64,000 bases of DNA, from assembly GCA_000934665.2 (NCBI GenBank), contig KZ538513.1, positions 1 to 64,000 on the forward strand, written 5' to 3'. Below are positions 12,601-25,501 of this stretch, piece after piece. A program made the position numbers and the translations under genes. The stretch's first letter is position 1. Each line of letters starts with the position of its first letter. The notes under the pieces are model-generated. The model saw only the letters and a list, made by a program, of their open reading frames with translations. It was not told the origin of the DNA and ran no database searches. Source of the stretch: Catajapyx aquilonaris. Taxonomy: Eukaryota.

Positions 12601-15600
12601 CGCTCTCCTTAGACCCGGCCAACCCAGTCTTATTCTCTAATCGAAGTGCGGCACACATCAAGTTGGGCCGCTTCAACAATGCTTTGCAAGATGCCATCAA
12701 GGCCAGGGAGCTCAATCCAAAGTGGCCCAAGGCGTACTACAGGCAAGGAGTGGCACTGCAATGTCTCGGGAGGCATGCTGATGCGTTGGCAGCTTTTAGC
12801 TCTGGGTTGGCGCAGGATCCGACGTCATCGCAGCTTCTGGCTGGACTCGTGGAGGCTGCCATGAAGTCTCCACTCCGAGCTACCCTTGAGCCGACTTATC
12901 GCCAACTCCAGCTGATGAGGCTGGACAAGTCTGCGTTCGTGGTGATATCTGTGATAGGCCAAGAGCTCCTGGCGTCAAACCATGGCCAAGCTGCAGTCGT
13001 GGTTTTGGAGAGCGCCCTTAAAGTCGGAACCTGCTCTCTTAAGCTGAGGGGCTCGGTCTTCTCCGCTCTCTCCTCAGCCTACTGGGCTCTAAACTCCTTA
13101 GACAAGGTGAGGGAACATGACAGTTTACAAGTTGTTGTTAGGCCGCGTTTACATGTAAGCGATTTGATCACCAATGTGCCGCTTAACACCCAAACAATTG
13201 ATTTCATCCCTCAGTGAACAGTGCACATCGCTCATCAAATCGCTCACATGTAAATGCAGCCTTATCAGTTTTCTATTAGAATAATTGGTGGTTATTCGGT
13301 TGTTCTAGGCCATCGCTTACATGCAGCAAGACTTGGCAGTGGCAAAGTCCCTCGGCGACATTGCAGGAGAATGCAGAGCACATGGGAACCTCGGATCCGC
13401 CTACTTTTCTAAAGGGAACTACAAGGAGGCCCTGACGTCTCACCGATATCAACTGGTACTTGCCATGAAGTGCAAGGACACCCATGCTGCTGCGGCTGCA
13501 CTCACCAGCTTAGGTAAGTGCCGCTAACTAGCGGCCTCTCGACAAGTATGTTATTTCGATACATTTTACAGGTCATGTGTACACGGCGATTGGCGACTAC
13601 CCAAACGCTCTAGCATCCCACAAGCAGTGTGTTCAACTCGTAAAGCAGATTGGCGACCGCCTTCAGGAAGCTCGTGAGATTGGTAACGTGGGTGCGGTCT
13701 ACCTGGCCACGGGAGATTTCGACAGTGCAGTGGACTGCCACCTTGAGCACCTACGGATAGCACAGCAGCTTGGAAACAAGGTGGAGGAAGCTCGGGCCTA
13801 CAGCAACCTCGGATCGTCGCATCATTACAAAAGGAATTTCGATCAGGCCGTCACCTTCCACAACCATGTCTTGCGACTGGCTAAAGAGTTGGGGGACAAA
13901 ACCATCGAGGCCAGGGCATACGCTGGATTGGGACATGCCGGAAGATGCATCGGAGACTATCCGCAGGTCAGTTGGTGCAAACATGCTTGTTACTTGTACT
14001 AATTTCGAACATTTTTGAGTCACACATAACTGTTTCATCACATGACAATATTTTGGCAAGAGTCGCATGTTAATTGGCTTGATTGTGTTTCTATTATTTT
14101 CAGGCGAAAAAATGGCATGAGCTACAGCTGGACATGGCTTTAGTCACGAAGGACAAGGTATCGGAAGGTCGTGCCCTCTCCAACCTGGGTATAGTCTACC
14201 AGCTTTTGGGAGACCACGACGCTGCTCTGAAACTCCACCAGGCCCACCTCTCCATCGCTAGGGAACTGGACGACCGGGCAGGGATGGGAAGAGCCTATGG
14301 GAACATTGGAAATGCCTACAGCACCATGGGGAGATACGAACAGGCTGTCAAGTATCACAAGCAGGAACTCACCATTTCCAAGGTAAAGGCTTCTGCTCGG
14401 TACAGCCTTCAAATTATTTCGGTGCAGACGTTCAAACAATTGACCTTCCTTTCCCCTATTTGCAGGAGGTGAACGACCGTAGCTCTGAAGCAGCCACCCA
14501 TGGGAACTTAGCCGTTGCATATCAAGCAATGGGCATGTGTGAGATGGCTCTTCTGCACTACCACAGCCACTTAGGTGTCGCAAGGGAGCTGAAAGACGCA
14601 GGTGGCGAGGCATGTGCTTTGCTGAACCTCGGAAATTGCCACTCGTCACGAGGCGAGTTTGCCCAAGCCGTCCCTTTTTACGAGCAGTACTTGATGCTGA
14701 GTCAAGAGTTGCACGACCTGGAGGGCGAGGCTAAAGCTTGCCATTTTCTTGGGTATGCGCATTACTGCTTGGGAAACTACAAGGAGGCCATCCGGTATTA
14801 CGAGCAGGACTTGGCGTTAGCGAAGGATCTGCAGGACAAGGCGAGCATGAGCCGGGCGTACTGCAACTTGGGATTGGCACACTTGGCACTTGACGGATGT
14901 GATACTGCACTTGAATGTCAGAAGTACTTCTTAGGTGAGTGTTGGTACATCCAGCATCTAGTTTTTTGTAACGATGTGCACTTTTTGTAGCCCTAGCACA
15001 CACCATGAAGAACATGGCAGGAAAACTTCGAGCCCTAGCGAACATAGGCGACACTCTTCTCCGAATGTCCAACACGGAAGAGGCGATCCAAGTGTATCAG
15101 AAGCAGCTTCTGCTATCCAAACAAAGTGGCGAGAAGGGTTACGAAGCTGCTGCCTACGGTGCTCTTGGGTTGGCCCACCGCTCGTTACGGTGCTACGACA
15201 AGGCTGTGGGATACCACACGCAAGAGCTGACACTTAGGTAAGGGTTTTAAAAATCATGCTGTACTTTCGGTGCAGTTTCTGATGTGATTGTCTATTGGCA
15301 AATTGTGAACCGCAGGTGACAGAAATATGCTATATGTAATTGTAGGCAAGAATCAGGCGATGCAAGGGGCGAGTGCCGGGCCCACGGTAATCTCGGTGCT
15401 ATCCACATGTCGCTTGGACATTACACACAAGCCATCAAATGTTACGAGGAGCAATTGGAACGTGCTCGTGAACTGAGTGACTGCCAGCCCATCGAGTCGC
15501 AAGCTTTGGGCAACCTTGGGATTGCCCGACTCAACATGGCTCATTACGAAGATGCAATCGGTTACTTTGAGCAGCAGCTGGCTACCTTAGAGCACGTAAC

Positions 15601-18600
15601 TTGCGCCAGGAGTGGTGGCTCTATTTTATTAGACAAAGGGAGATCCTTTGGCAACCTTGGCGATTGCTATGATGCACTGGGTGACTATGACGAAGCCATC
15701 AAGTGTCAAGAGCAGTACCTGAGCTACGCGCTTCAGGCCAAGAGCGTACGAGATCAAGAGAGAGCATACAGGGGTTTGGGAAAGTCGCAGCGGGCTAATG
15801 GCTATCATCAGGAGGCGTTGGTGTGCTTCGAGAAACGGCTTGTGGCGGCACATGAGTTGGACAGCCCAGCAGCTAAAGCCTCCGCTTATGGTGAACTCGG
15901 TCAGGTGCGTTTAATACGCAATATACTATGTACCTGGTATTAACAAAATTGTATTGACAGGTACACCGCACTTTGGGCAACTATGAGCAGGCTGCTAGCT
16001 GCCTTCAGCACCAACTGGCCATTGCATGTGAAGTTGGCGACGCTGCTGCTGAAGCCGAAGCTGCGTCTGGCCTCGGGCGAGTATGCCACGAGACACAGGA
16101 CTACAGCCAGGCTCTTCGCTACCACAGGATGGACCTGACACTCTCGGAAAGGGCGGGATTTGCCGCAGGTCAATGCAGAGCGTACGGGAACCTTGCGGCA
16201 ACATTTGAGGCAATGTCGGACTTTGCGGAGGCTGTACATCATCGGGAGCAGCATCTAAGTTTGGCTGCTCAGCTGAATGACAGGGCGTCGAAAACTGATG
16301 CGTACAGCAGCCTCGGCCGGTTGCATCTTGCTATGGGACGTGTTTTGCAGGTAGGAAAATTCCGCCCTTATCTGGTATCAGGTTTCTAACCCATGTTTTT
16401 CCAGGCCATATCGTACCTGATCCAAGGCCTGGCAACTGCTGAGCAGACTGGAAATCGTGACGACGAAGCTGCAATTCGCCACCGCCTTGGTCTAGCCTTA
16501 TGGCGTAACGGCGACCTCGAAGGGGCCAAGATGCACCTGGAGCGTTCAGCCGCCATTTTGGAGACTTCGCACAACAAGAAACAATCCGGATGCCTCCATG
16601 CCTTACAGAGGGTGCATGTAGCACTCGGAAACACAGACGACGCACTGTTGGTAGCCGAAAAGGGAAGAAGCAGGAAGGACTGCGGATTCAGCAGCATCGA
16701 TCAAATGATGGATACTGTTAACAGGCAGAAGGCTTCAATCCTATATTACAGTCTTGCTGGTAATAGACTTCACTGCTGGTTGTTGATGCCGCATCGCGGG
16801 ATAGTCGGATTCACAGAGTCATGCATTGGAGACGGAACAGGCGACAAGGAAGAGGAGGAGGGAGACGTGGTGGAGGACTGGGACGTGGAAGCAGGAGACG
16901 AAGGAGGACTGGACAGTCACCTGCAGAGTTTGAGAGATGCACTCGGAGTTGAATTTTCAGGAGTAACTAGGTTGGTTATTGTTGTTAGGCAAATCAGGCC
17001 GCATTTCCTTGTAAGCAATGTGCAGCGATGAGTGATGAAATCAATTGTTTGGGAGTACAAAGCAGTGATTACTTTCTCCCCAAAGCGATGCTCGTTGCTG
17101 AGCGAATTGCTCACATGCAAACGCTGCTTCGTACATGGTAAATAAATTCAACACTAGCGCAGTATTGTTACTGTTTAGGTCGTCTAAGGATCCTGATAAC
17201 GACGTCTCGGATCAGTGGTCCCAACCTGCGGATGAGACCTCAGACAAGCAAGACGGTGACAGGTTTTTGAGGATGGCGAGCCGAAACCACCTGTACAACT
17301 CGAGCAGCTACAGTCTGAGCAGCCTCTTCAGCGTTGGGAGTGTCGGAGGCAGTGTAGCAAGCGTTGGGAGCACCAGCCGAGCAGGGAGCACTAGGGGGAA
17401 GGGACGTGCGAAGGGTTGCTTATGGCAAGGACCTGCATCGTTGCGTACCCTCTACCAGATGCTGGTTGAGCCGATGGAGGAGCATCTGCCTGGAGATGTC
17501 TTGGGAACACCTGAGTAAGCCCTGCATAATGTTGGCGTCCTCAAAGTGCTCATGCTTGTTAATTTTTTTCAGCCTCGTACTCATAGTAGAGGGTCGCCTT
17601 CACCTCATTCCATTCGCTTTACTTCGTCGTGACCCTACCTGCGACTACCTCTCCGAGCGCTTCAATCTGATATGCGCCCCTTCCCTGAGCTTCCTCCGTT
17701 GGAATCAGAGAGCTCGTCTGGACAAAATGATCGGAGGTGGGCTTAACTCCGGCTCAGGAGACAGGACGTCCGCCCTGGTAGTGGGCAACCCAAGGCTTCC
17801 TCCTTCCCTCCTGGAGCAGTATGGCTTTGGCGATCTTCCTCAGGCCGAACAGGAGGCTAACACAGTGGCCGATATCCTGCAGACAAAGCCGCTAATCGGA
17901 GTGGCAGCTACGAAGGAAGCTGTCTGCCAACAGGTGCCTACGACTTCAAACTTGACATTTTTCTGCTCATTTTGCATTGTTACGAATTGCATGAAACAAC
18001 TAAACGATAATTACCATATTTGACAGCATATTAAACACATCCCCATAAGTCGTACCTATTGCTTTACAGGCTGAGGAAGTGGAGTGTGTCCATCTAGCTA
18101 CGCACGTCTCTTGGTCGCTTCCTGGAGTCGCCTTGTCGCCAGGTGAAATGATTGAATCCCGTCCGAAGCGCTTCTTCGGGGAGGATCTTCCTGCCGAAGA
18201 GGGCGATCCGCCCACTACTGACGGAGGAGGAGGCGAGCAGTTGCTGACGCCATCCGACTTCATGCTGACACTTTCGGATCTGAGGGAAGGATCGGTGAAA
18301 GTAGGAGCGAGGCTGGTCGTCATCAGTTCTTGTCACACGAGGGATAGGAGGCATGGCGGGGCTGCCAGGGAGGGAGGAGAAGGCGTGGAGGGGCTCGTGG
18401 GGGCATTTCTGCAGGCGGGGGCACAGTGCGTCTTGGTAGCACTCTGGCCGGTGCCTGACACGGCCGTCAAGATTTTCTACAGGACTTTCTACTCGTCCCT
18501 GCTGCAGGTGCGTTTTAAGTGCTTCGTATTTCTGGTTTCCACTCAACGTATTATTTCCAGGGATCCCGTGCTAGCCGGGCTCTCTCGGAAGCAATGCAAA

Positions 18601-21165
18601 CTGTCCAGAACACGAAGCATTTCTCCCATCCGGCCAACTGGGCTGGGTTTGTCCTCATCGGAAGTGACATCAAGCTCTCTAACAAAGTTGCCCTTATGGG
18701 GCAGGCCCTTTGCGATTTGGTGAAGATGCCAGACCGATGTAGGGATGCGCTGAGGGTCACCTTGCACTTGGTAAGCATTTCTGAACCGACCTGCATGTGT
18801 AACAAATTGCAAGTAATCTTCTGGTTTGCAGGTGGAGAAGTCTCTACAGCGCATCCACCGTGGACATAAAAACGCAATGTACACGACCCAAAAGAGCATC
18901 GAAAACAAGGTCGGAGATGCACAGGGTTGGAAGGACCTCCTGATATCAGTCGGATTTAGATTCGAGCCATCTGCAAATGGAATACCATCCTCGGTATTCT
19001 TTCCGCAGTCGGACCCTGCAGATAGACTAACACAGTGCTCGGCCAGCCTACAAGCCCTCTTAGGTAAATATCACGGAAAGGATATTAAGCAGTACAGTCT
19101 ATCCCGCCGAGAGAACTTTTACTAGACATCATCCAAAGTCACGTAACATCCATGTTCTGCTCACAAGTCATGACGTTAAAATATTATTTTCCCAATTCCA
19201 GGCCTGAGCGGAAATTCTCTACACGCATTATGCAAACTGCTGTTGTCACCGGAAGTGGCAGAAGACGTGACTCATGTGATGAGACGAGTGATGGCCCAGT
19301 TCAACATGAAGGACTCTGAGTCCGATCCTGTCGAGGTTGCAGTCGGAGTTAAGCTATGGAGAGTGCCAGGATGTCATGAGCTGTTGGCCTCACTCGGGTT
19401 CGATCTCATGGCTGTGGGTCAGGACGAAGTTATGTTAAGAACCGGGAAGCAGGCGAACAGACGGAACATACAGTTTGCACTTCAGGCCCTGCTTGCTTTA
19501 TTTGGTAAGTTTCCAAATGCATTGCCCCAAGCTTCGAGGTATTATTGATGTTTTTTCCGCTCTAGATACGCAAGAAGCACCCAGAAGCCTGAGTCTCGGT
19601 TCCTCCAGCTCACTGGAGTCGTTGGAGTCCTTAGAGAAGGAATGTATGGGAATGAGCGGACATGCCTCGTCTCCACCACCTGTGCTGCCTCCCCCAAATT
19701 CCTCTTCGTTCATTCCCACACCGCGAAAGATGGCACATCCATTAGTGTTAGGGGCAGGAGCCTTCACTAGTTACGTCCGGAGAAGAGGAGAGCCGGACGG
19801 GAGAACCGCTGGAGGAAGTGACGGAGGAGGCGGAGGAAGCAAAGTTGGAGCCCGGGACAGGGATAATCCTGCCTTTACGGCAGGTCCTCTCGACGGCACT
19901 GCTCCTAAGGTGAGACACCGCATTTTGGGCCGATCAATTGAAATTAAAACCACATCTCTCATCAGGCAAAGCTTCGTCGGCAATACACCGCAGCACCATC
20001 CACCAGCAATTCCAACTCTGAAAACACGGTCAGCCGTCCTGCCTCGTCCAGCAGTACAAGTTCAGCCACCGACTGGGAGAACGGACAAGGGACAGTCCGG
20101 AGGCAAGTTGTCGCTGCAGGGACTGGGACTAAGAAAGTCCCGCCCTTACCGCCCCCACGGACATCCATAACGAGGACACTTCCGGAAGTGCCCAAGATCA
20201 CCTTGAATTCAGGAGAGCTACTTGACAGACTGTGTGTCCGGACTCAGAAGCGATGCGAAGCTGAAGTCAAACTTGGGCTGAGGTGAGATATTCGGACACT
20301 TACTGAAGTCTTTGGATGGTTGTTGATCACGGGTTTTTTTCGTAGTTTGAGACCATTGCCATCATTGGGCGGAGTCGAGGCTGGAGTGGAATCCTCTGGT
20401 GGTGCGGCTGCAAGTACCGCTGTGAGCAGACCGTTTGAGGAAGGCGAGGCCGAGTCGAGCATCCAAGAGAGGATCGTAGCTGCCCAGATGCGTCGGCTGA
20501 ATCGGGATCTTCCAATAGCAGAGGTGTACCACGAGAGGAGCCTCGGACTTGGTCTTGCACCGCCTCTATCGAAACTGCTGGCTAACGGTGGGAAAGGACT
20601 TGCGGACACACCCGAGACGATGAAGGAAGCTAAGACATTCACCGGTGAGTACGATCTTGGCGGACCAGCGGACAGCGAACTACTGTTTTCCTTTCTTCCA
20701 GCAATGGTTACGTCGCCTGCACCTGACGATCCGCAGTCATCGTCGTCTTCATCATCCGACGTCGCAAACAACCCACCACCACGCAGCCCCCCTTCTCCAT
20801 TGCCAGGCTGGCCTCCTCCGCGCCTAAGAGACGAAGGGGACGGCCGCTCCATGACAGATTCACAGCGGAGTGGATTTGCTCCAGCCCCAAACCGCATCCC
20901 GCTTCTCACACCCAGGTCGAAGAACGTCGACCCCATTCAGGGCGTGACAAGCAGCAAAATAGGAGCCGCCATGGCTCATCACCTGACGCCGGCCATACAC
21001 ACAAGCCAAATTGCGGAGTATCTGGACCAGGTGATGCTCAGGCCTGGCGTGAACAAAGCCGGAGTCGTGAGTGGTCAGCAGGACAGCGAAGTAAAGGAGC
21101 GGAGAGGAGGCAACAAGCACGTCTGGACCGGAAAAGGAAAGGCAATGAAGCAGCAGCAATGTTGA
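6656..21165 (+). CDS. TTC28: Tetratricopeptide repeat protein 28 (TPR array + CHAT domain)
   Basis: First exon MSQRDVAE at 6656-6679. Further exons: 12474-13106, 13309-13513, 13572-13966, 14104-14382, 14466-14934, 14991-15237, 15346-15904, 15961-16350, 16405-16970, 17179-17514, 17573-17933, 18070-18507, 18561-18770, 18832-19062, 19202-19504, 19566-19909, 19966-~20282 and ~20346-21165. Contains FLEKVRQSN, many TPRs (RAHGNLG...) and CHAT motifs (ALVVGNP, VHLATH, AFLQAGAQCVLVALWPV, HPANWAGFVLIG). Confidence 0.95.
6830..6945 (+). mobile_element. SINE-core-like fragment
   Basis: GGGTGCACGTTGAAGATCCCC...GACGTTAAGCCCC resembles, from memory, the conserved central domain of Nin/Deu/Ruka-type SINEs. 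Single copy in the window. Confidence 0.35.
6968..7240 (+). mobile_element. tRNA-derived SINE, type A
   Basis: Head CCGAAGCAG...CTGCTAATC...GGTCCTGGGTTCGAACCCC (B box). Homologous copies at 40203-40480, 49432-49661 and 45745-45835. Confidence 0.8.
7471..7819 (-). mobile_element. tRNA-derived SINE, type C
   Basis: Minus-strand head with GGTCCCAGGTTCGATCC B box and an A-rich tail. Flanked by the near-perfect direct repeat CAACAAAAGC(A/T)ATTA at 7456-7470 and 7820-7834 (target site duplication, TSD). Confidence 0.75.
12166..12321. mobile_element. Tc1/mariner-type MITE
   Basis: Terminal inverted repeats (TIRs) CAGTGTTGGACATTAATCGC / GCGATTAATGTCCAACACTG flanked by TA on both sides. The same TIR family occurs at 46989-47605. 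Confidence 0.85.
13141..13261. mobile_element. Tourist/PIF-Harbinger-like MITE
   Basis: TIR GGCCGCGTTTACATGT(A/G)AGCGATTTGAT with TTA on both flanks. Degenerate relatives at ~16997-17127, ~21289-21372 and ~21717-21856. Confidence 0.75.
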
Positions 21166-22423
21166 CAATTGTCGCACGATTTTCTAAAAGACGCTAACTA
21201 GTGTAACTTGGCAGGAACTGTTTCCGACAAGTGCGAAATGCTGTGTCGTCTTTTTACTGTGATGCCCTTATACCAAATGAACACTATTAGCCGCGTTAAC
21301 ATGTGAGCGATTTGATCAGCGATGTACAGCAATGTACATCGCTGATGAAATTGCTCACATTAAGCTGGTGCTTGGTTTAAGCCTATAGAACAAAGTGTTG
21401 CAGCCATTCCGAGAGGACTTGTCTAGCAGTGTGTCAACTGTGATCCCAGTGTACTTGTCCTCTGCAATTGCATGGAGATAATGTGCGATGTTTCATCGCT
21501 TTACGTCTGACGTCAAGTTGTATGAAAAAATCCGCAGTTAATGTACGTTACAGCAGGTTTCAAATCTGTTTACGTTATTTCCCAGGTGCTACGACTGGTA
21601 ATTAGCACCAAGTTAGAGCTGTTAAATGTGGGCAATTATTTATTTTTATATCGCGTGTGCCCCTTCAGCTTGTCAATTTCTATGCGAAAATGGTCAGCCG
21701 CTGTAACTAGCTTATAAGCCGTGTTTACCTGTGAGCAATTTGATGTCGTCGCTGAGCAACTAATCCCAATTGCTTGGGGTCGAAAGTGACAATCGATTTT
21801 TACCCCAAACAATTGGATTCATTGCTGATCAAACCGCTCACGTGTAAACGTGGGGTCTTCGTTGTACATGGGAATTATTTTACGTCCAGAGACACTCAAG
21901 TCTCTCTCATTTTACGTACCGGTACTGAAGCATGTGTAAACAAAGAGTGATTGCTATATCGAAGAAAAAAGTGTATTGTTTTATACGCAATTTTTTGTAC
22001 ATGATAAATACAAATGAGATTCAGAATCACTTTACGGTCCTAATTTAAAAAAAAAAAAGTAGAGACTGACGTCATGTGCTCATTATTTTAAGGTGCAACG
22101 TCCTTTCTTTTGGAGCAGCTCTGCTCCGTTTGGCCTTGTTTCCAACCCCACGATGTTCAACTGTCTGGTTGTTGATCTTCATGTAAACAAAGATTGCCAC
22201 CTTCCGAAAGCACCATTTACAATCCCAATTTTAGGATTGGAAGGAAATCCGTGGAGGATAGGACCTTCAGAGGGGCTCTCAATTTCTCGTGAACACAACA
22301 ACGGCTGTAGTTTCAAATTGGAAGATATGAGGTTGGCTGGAAGGACGTTTGTTGAATTTGTACGGCACGTTCTAATGCGATTGTTCAGTTTTAGGTAATT
22401 GCAGCGTTTGACCCCAAGTAACG

Positions 22424-25023
22424 ATGGCTCAGGTAGGGAAGCAGTCTGAGATGGCGGAAGGAGACCTGACGGCCATGGGCGAGGCGGAGGTCGACCGTTT
22501 GAAGCGGACCCTGCGCATCATGGAACAGGAGCGTCGGGCGTACACGGAGGAGTGCAAGCAGATACTCGGGGGACAAATAAGGGTCCTGAACATCCTGAAG
22601 AAGGAGAGGGATCGGCTCAACAATGACCTAGGCGTTGCTGAATCTCCGCTTAAGATGAAGCAGGATGCGACGACAAACAAGAAGCTCAACACGCTCCTGG
22701 ACAAGCAGGCCATGTACAGCTACAAGATTGAGAATGAGAAGCAGCAGGTGCGGACTTGAATTATATTTGGTAGTCCGGACATACACTTTCTGCTTTCTGA
22801 GATTTCAGAAGTCCGGAAGTGGGTTAGGCAGCCCTAACACACACACACAAACTTTTTCTGCTCTATTATGTAAGGATTTAAATTGATGTGATTATTTTCC
22901 CGTCCGGCCAGATCAAAGAGCTGTCGACTCAAGTGCTGAAGATTGAGCGCCAAATAATGCAGCAGAGGCGTGCCCTGTCCTCGGTGCAGAAGGGACAACA
23001 GAGCGAGAAATTCGTCGAGAACCAGATTCAGATCCTGGAAGGCAGGCTCAATAACGTACGTACGTCCGCATGTACCGGAGGGTCAACTAAAATTAATGGG
23101 ATGGACTTGCAGGTTAAGCAGATTTTCAACACCACGATGGCGGAGAACAACCAGCTTCGTGAGGAGATCGACCACCTGCTGAAGGGTCGGCAGAGGTTCA
23201 ACCGTTTGTATGACCAGATGACCCGCGACCTGCGGAAGGGGAAGAGGCTGATGACGGAGCTGGTGGAGAAGACGAGCCAGGCTTACCAGCAGAGGGAAGA
23301 GGCCCAGGGGAAGATGCTGGTGCTGAAGGAGAGGTGCAACCGGGACATCCAGAACCACATGGGCGAGATGAGGGAGCTGGATCGCTTGCTGGAGCACAAC
23401 AAGGAACTGTTCAGCTTCCTCCAGGCAAAGGCGCAGGAGAGGCAGCCCATCGAGAACAAAGAGCAGCTCGAATGTCAGTACATCTTACGGCTAAGAGTTT
23501 GAATGCGATGTTTCATTAATATTGATTACGCAGGGGAGCGTGAGCAGCAGCGTGAACGCAAGCGTCGGGAGGCGATGATCAAGTACGAGGAGACCTTCAG
23601 CGAGATCCGCGAGCTGTTCAACGAGGACAACCTGGACAAGCTGGTTCAGCAGTACAAGCAGACGGAGGAGGAGAACTTTGCCATGTTCAACTACGTCAAC
23701 CAGCTCAACATCGAGGCGGAGGGGCTGAAGGACGAGATAGAGCAGCTCAAGAAGCAGATCCAGGAGCAGAAGGGGAAGGACGACCGGATGGAGTACACGC
23801 AGAAGAGGCACATCCTCAAGTGGAGGGTACGGCACATTTCTCTCCATCCTTACTGTCCATTGCGTACACCTGCGGTTGCAGTTCTTAGTAATAAATAACG
23901 AAATGAGCTTGCACTCTTTATTCAATTGCACTGCGTAAATTGCATGTGCTTAGCTTTCCTCAGAGACACGTTCATCTCTATGTGAACAAAAAAAGTACAA
24001 GCTGTAAATTGGTTGAAAACCACTGCTTCACACATTTCCACTTTGCAGAAAGAGCTGGCGAGATCAACAGCTGAGGCCCTCCGCATGCGCCATAGGGTGA
24101 AGGAGGCGCATGAGATCCTCGTGAAACTTAGGAACGGCGTCCTGGACCTCTTCGATAGCGCAGGCTGCTCCAACGAGCCACTCCTGAAACTCCTAGGTGA
24201 GAGAAGCGCTGCGGAAACAAAAAGAAAGAGGAAAAAAGAGTCGGTTAATTTATAGCCTGAAGGAACTTGGGGGGGGGGGATTCAAACATTAGTGAGCACA
24301 TTTCTCAACTTTTGTTGCCATTATGGGCCCTTTACGTCTGCTTCCAAGCCCATTTCCGTCTGGGAATAATTGTTGTCGGATATGTTTTCATCACAACTGA
24401 GCGGATGCAAATAGTCTCGGGTCAATTCCCATGGATTGATCGCATGCACTAGACTATTGTTCCATACCGTCCTTATATCGAGAGCATTGTGCTTTGCAGG
24501 TCGCAACGAGACAATCACCAACGACAACGTGCTCCTGTACCTGGGCATCCTGGAGGAGCACGTGATCAACATGGTGAACCTAATGAACTACATAGAGAAG
24601 GAGCGAGCATCGGAACCAGACGAGAAGCCGTCCGATGCGGGCGGCCTTCCCGTAGGAAAGGGAAAGCCTGTCGTCGCTTCGCACAAGTTCCCCAGCATTT
24701 TGCCACCCAGCACTAGGTGAGGGCACCATTAATTATTATTATTGGTTCTTAAAAAGTGAGGCATTGCAGTGCTTACTGTACGTGCCTTGTTTTTAGGTTG
24801 CATTACGTAATGAATGAGTCCGTCTGAAAGGATTGATTTTGTTGCAAAATGTAACTGAAATTTGGGATTGTTTCGCTTGTACAGGGAAGCACTGGAGGAC
24901 GAGTACGAGATGAAAGTAGGAGCAAAGCCACTGAAGCACAATGACATGAAGAAGCACCTGGGCGACAAGATCATCAACATCAAGTACGACGAGGACCAAA
25001 CCGGGAAGAGTTGGGACCTGTAA
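22424..25023 (+). CDS. CCDC63: Outer dynein arm-docking complex subunit, CCDC63/ODAD1(CCDC114)-like
   Basis: Multi-exon coiled-coil protein: AEVDRLKRTLRIMEQERRAYTEE, QIQILEGRLN, ENNQLREEIDHL, QAYQQREEAQ, EEENFAMFNYVNQLN, ITNDNVLLYLGILEE. Stop TAA at 25021-25023. Confidence 0.85.
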
Positions 25024-25501
25024 AATGCTGCCTGGCCGTGCAGCCAACCCTCCCTACGTCTCCACTCATCATATTTCTTGAAATTTTACATTTACACGCA
25101 ATTTTGCACTACATTTTTCAACTGCCTTCCACGTACAAAATAAATAAATAAGGGCCAGATACGTTTAGATGTGGGGAGAAATGGCTTTTGATTCCATAAG
25201 TGGAAGGCATACTGTATCGATATTAGGGGCGATGTTCCCAATAAACTTCTTGCGACTGCACTCTTCGTATGTGGGACGCTTCGTGAAATCACGTAAGTGT
25301 CAGCGTAAAATAACAGAACGTATTGCAGACAACAAAATGCGGCATGAAATCGCACTTGAAATACACCTGAACAAAAGTGGTACTGATGCACAATTGATTT
25401 TTAATAGTGTCGGGAGATGCGAATGTGTGAAATCGTACATGGAGAGATTTACATTGCTAGTTATGCAATGTCAGGTTGGCGCAATTCGAATTGTGTTTTA
25501 A

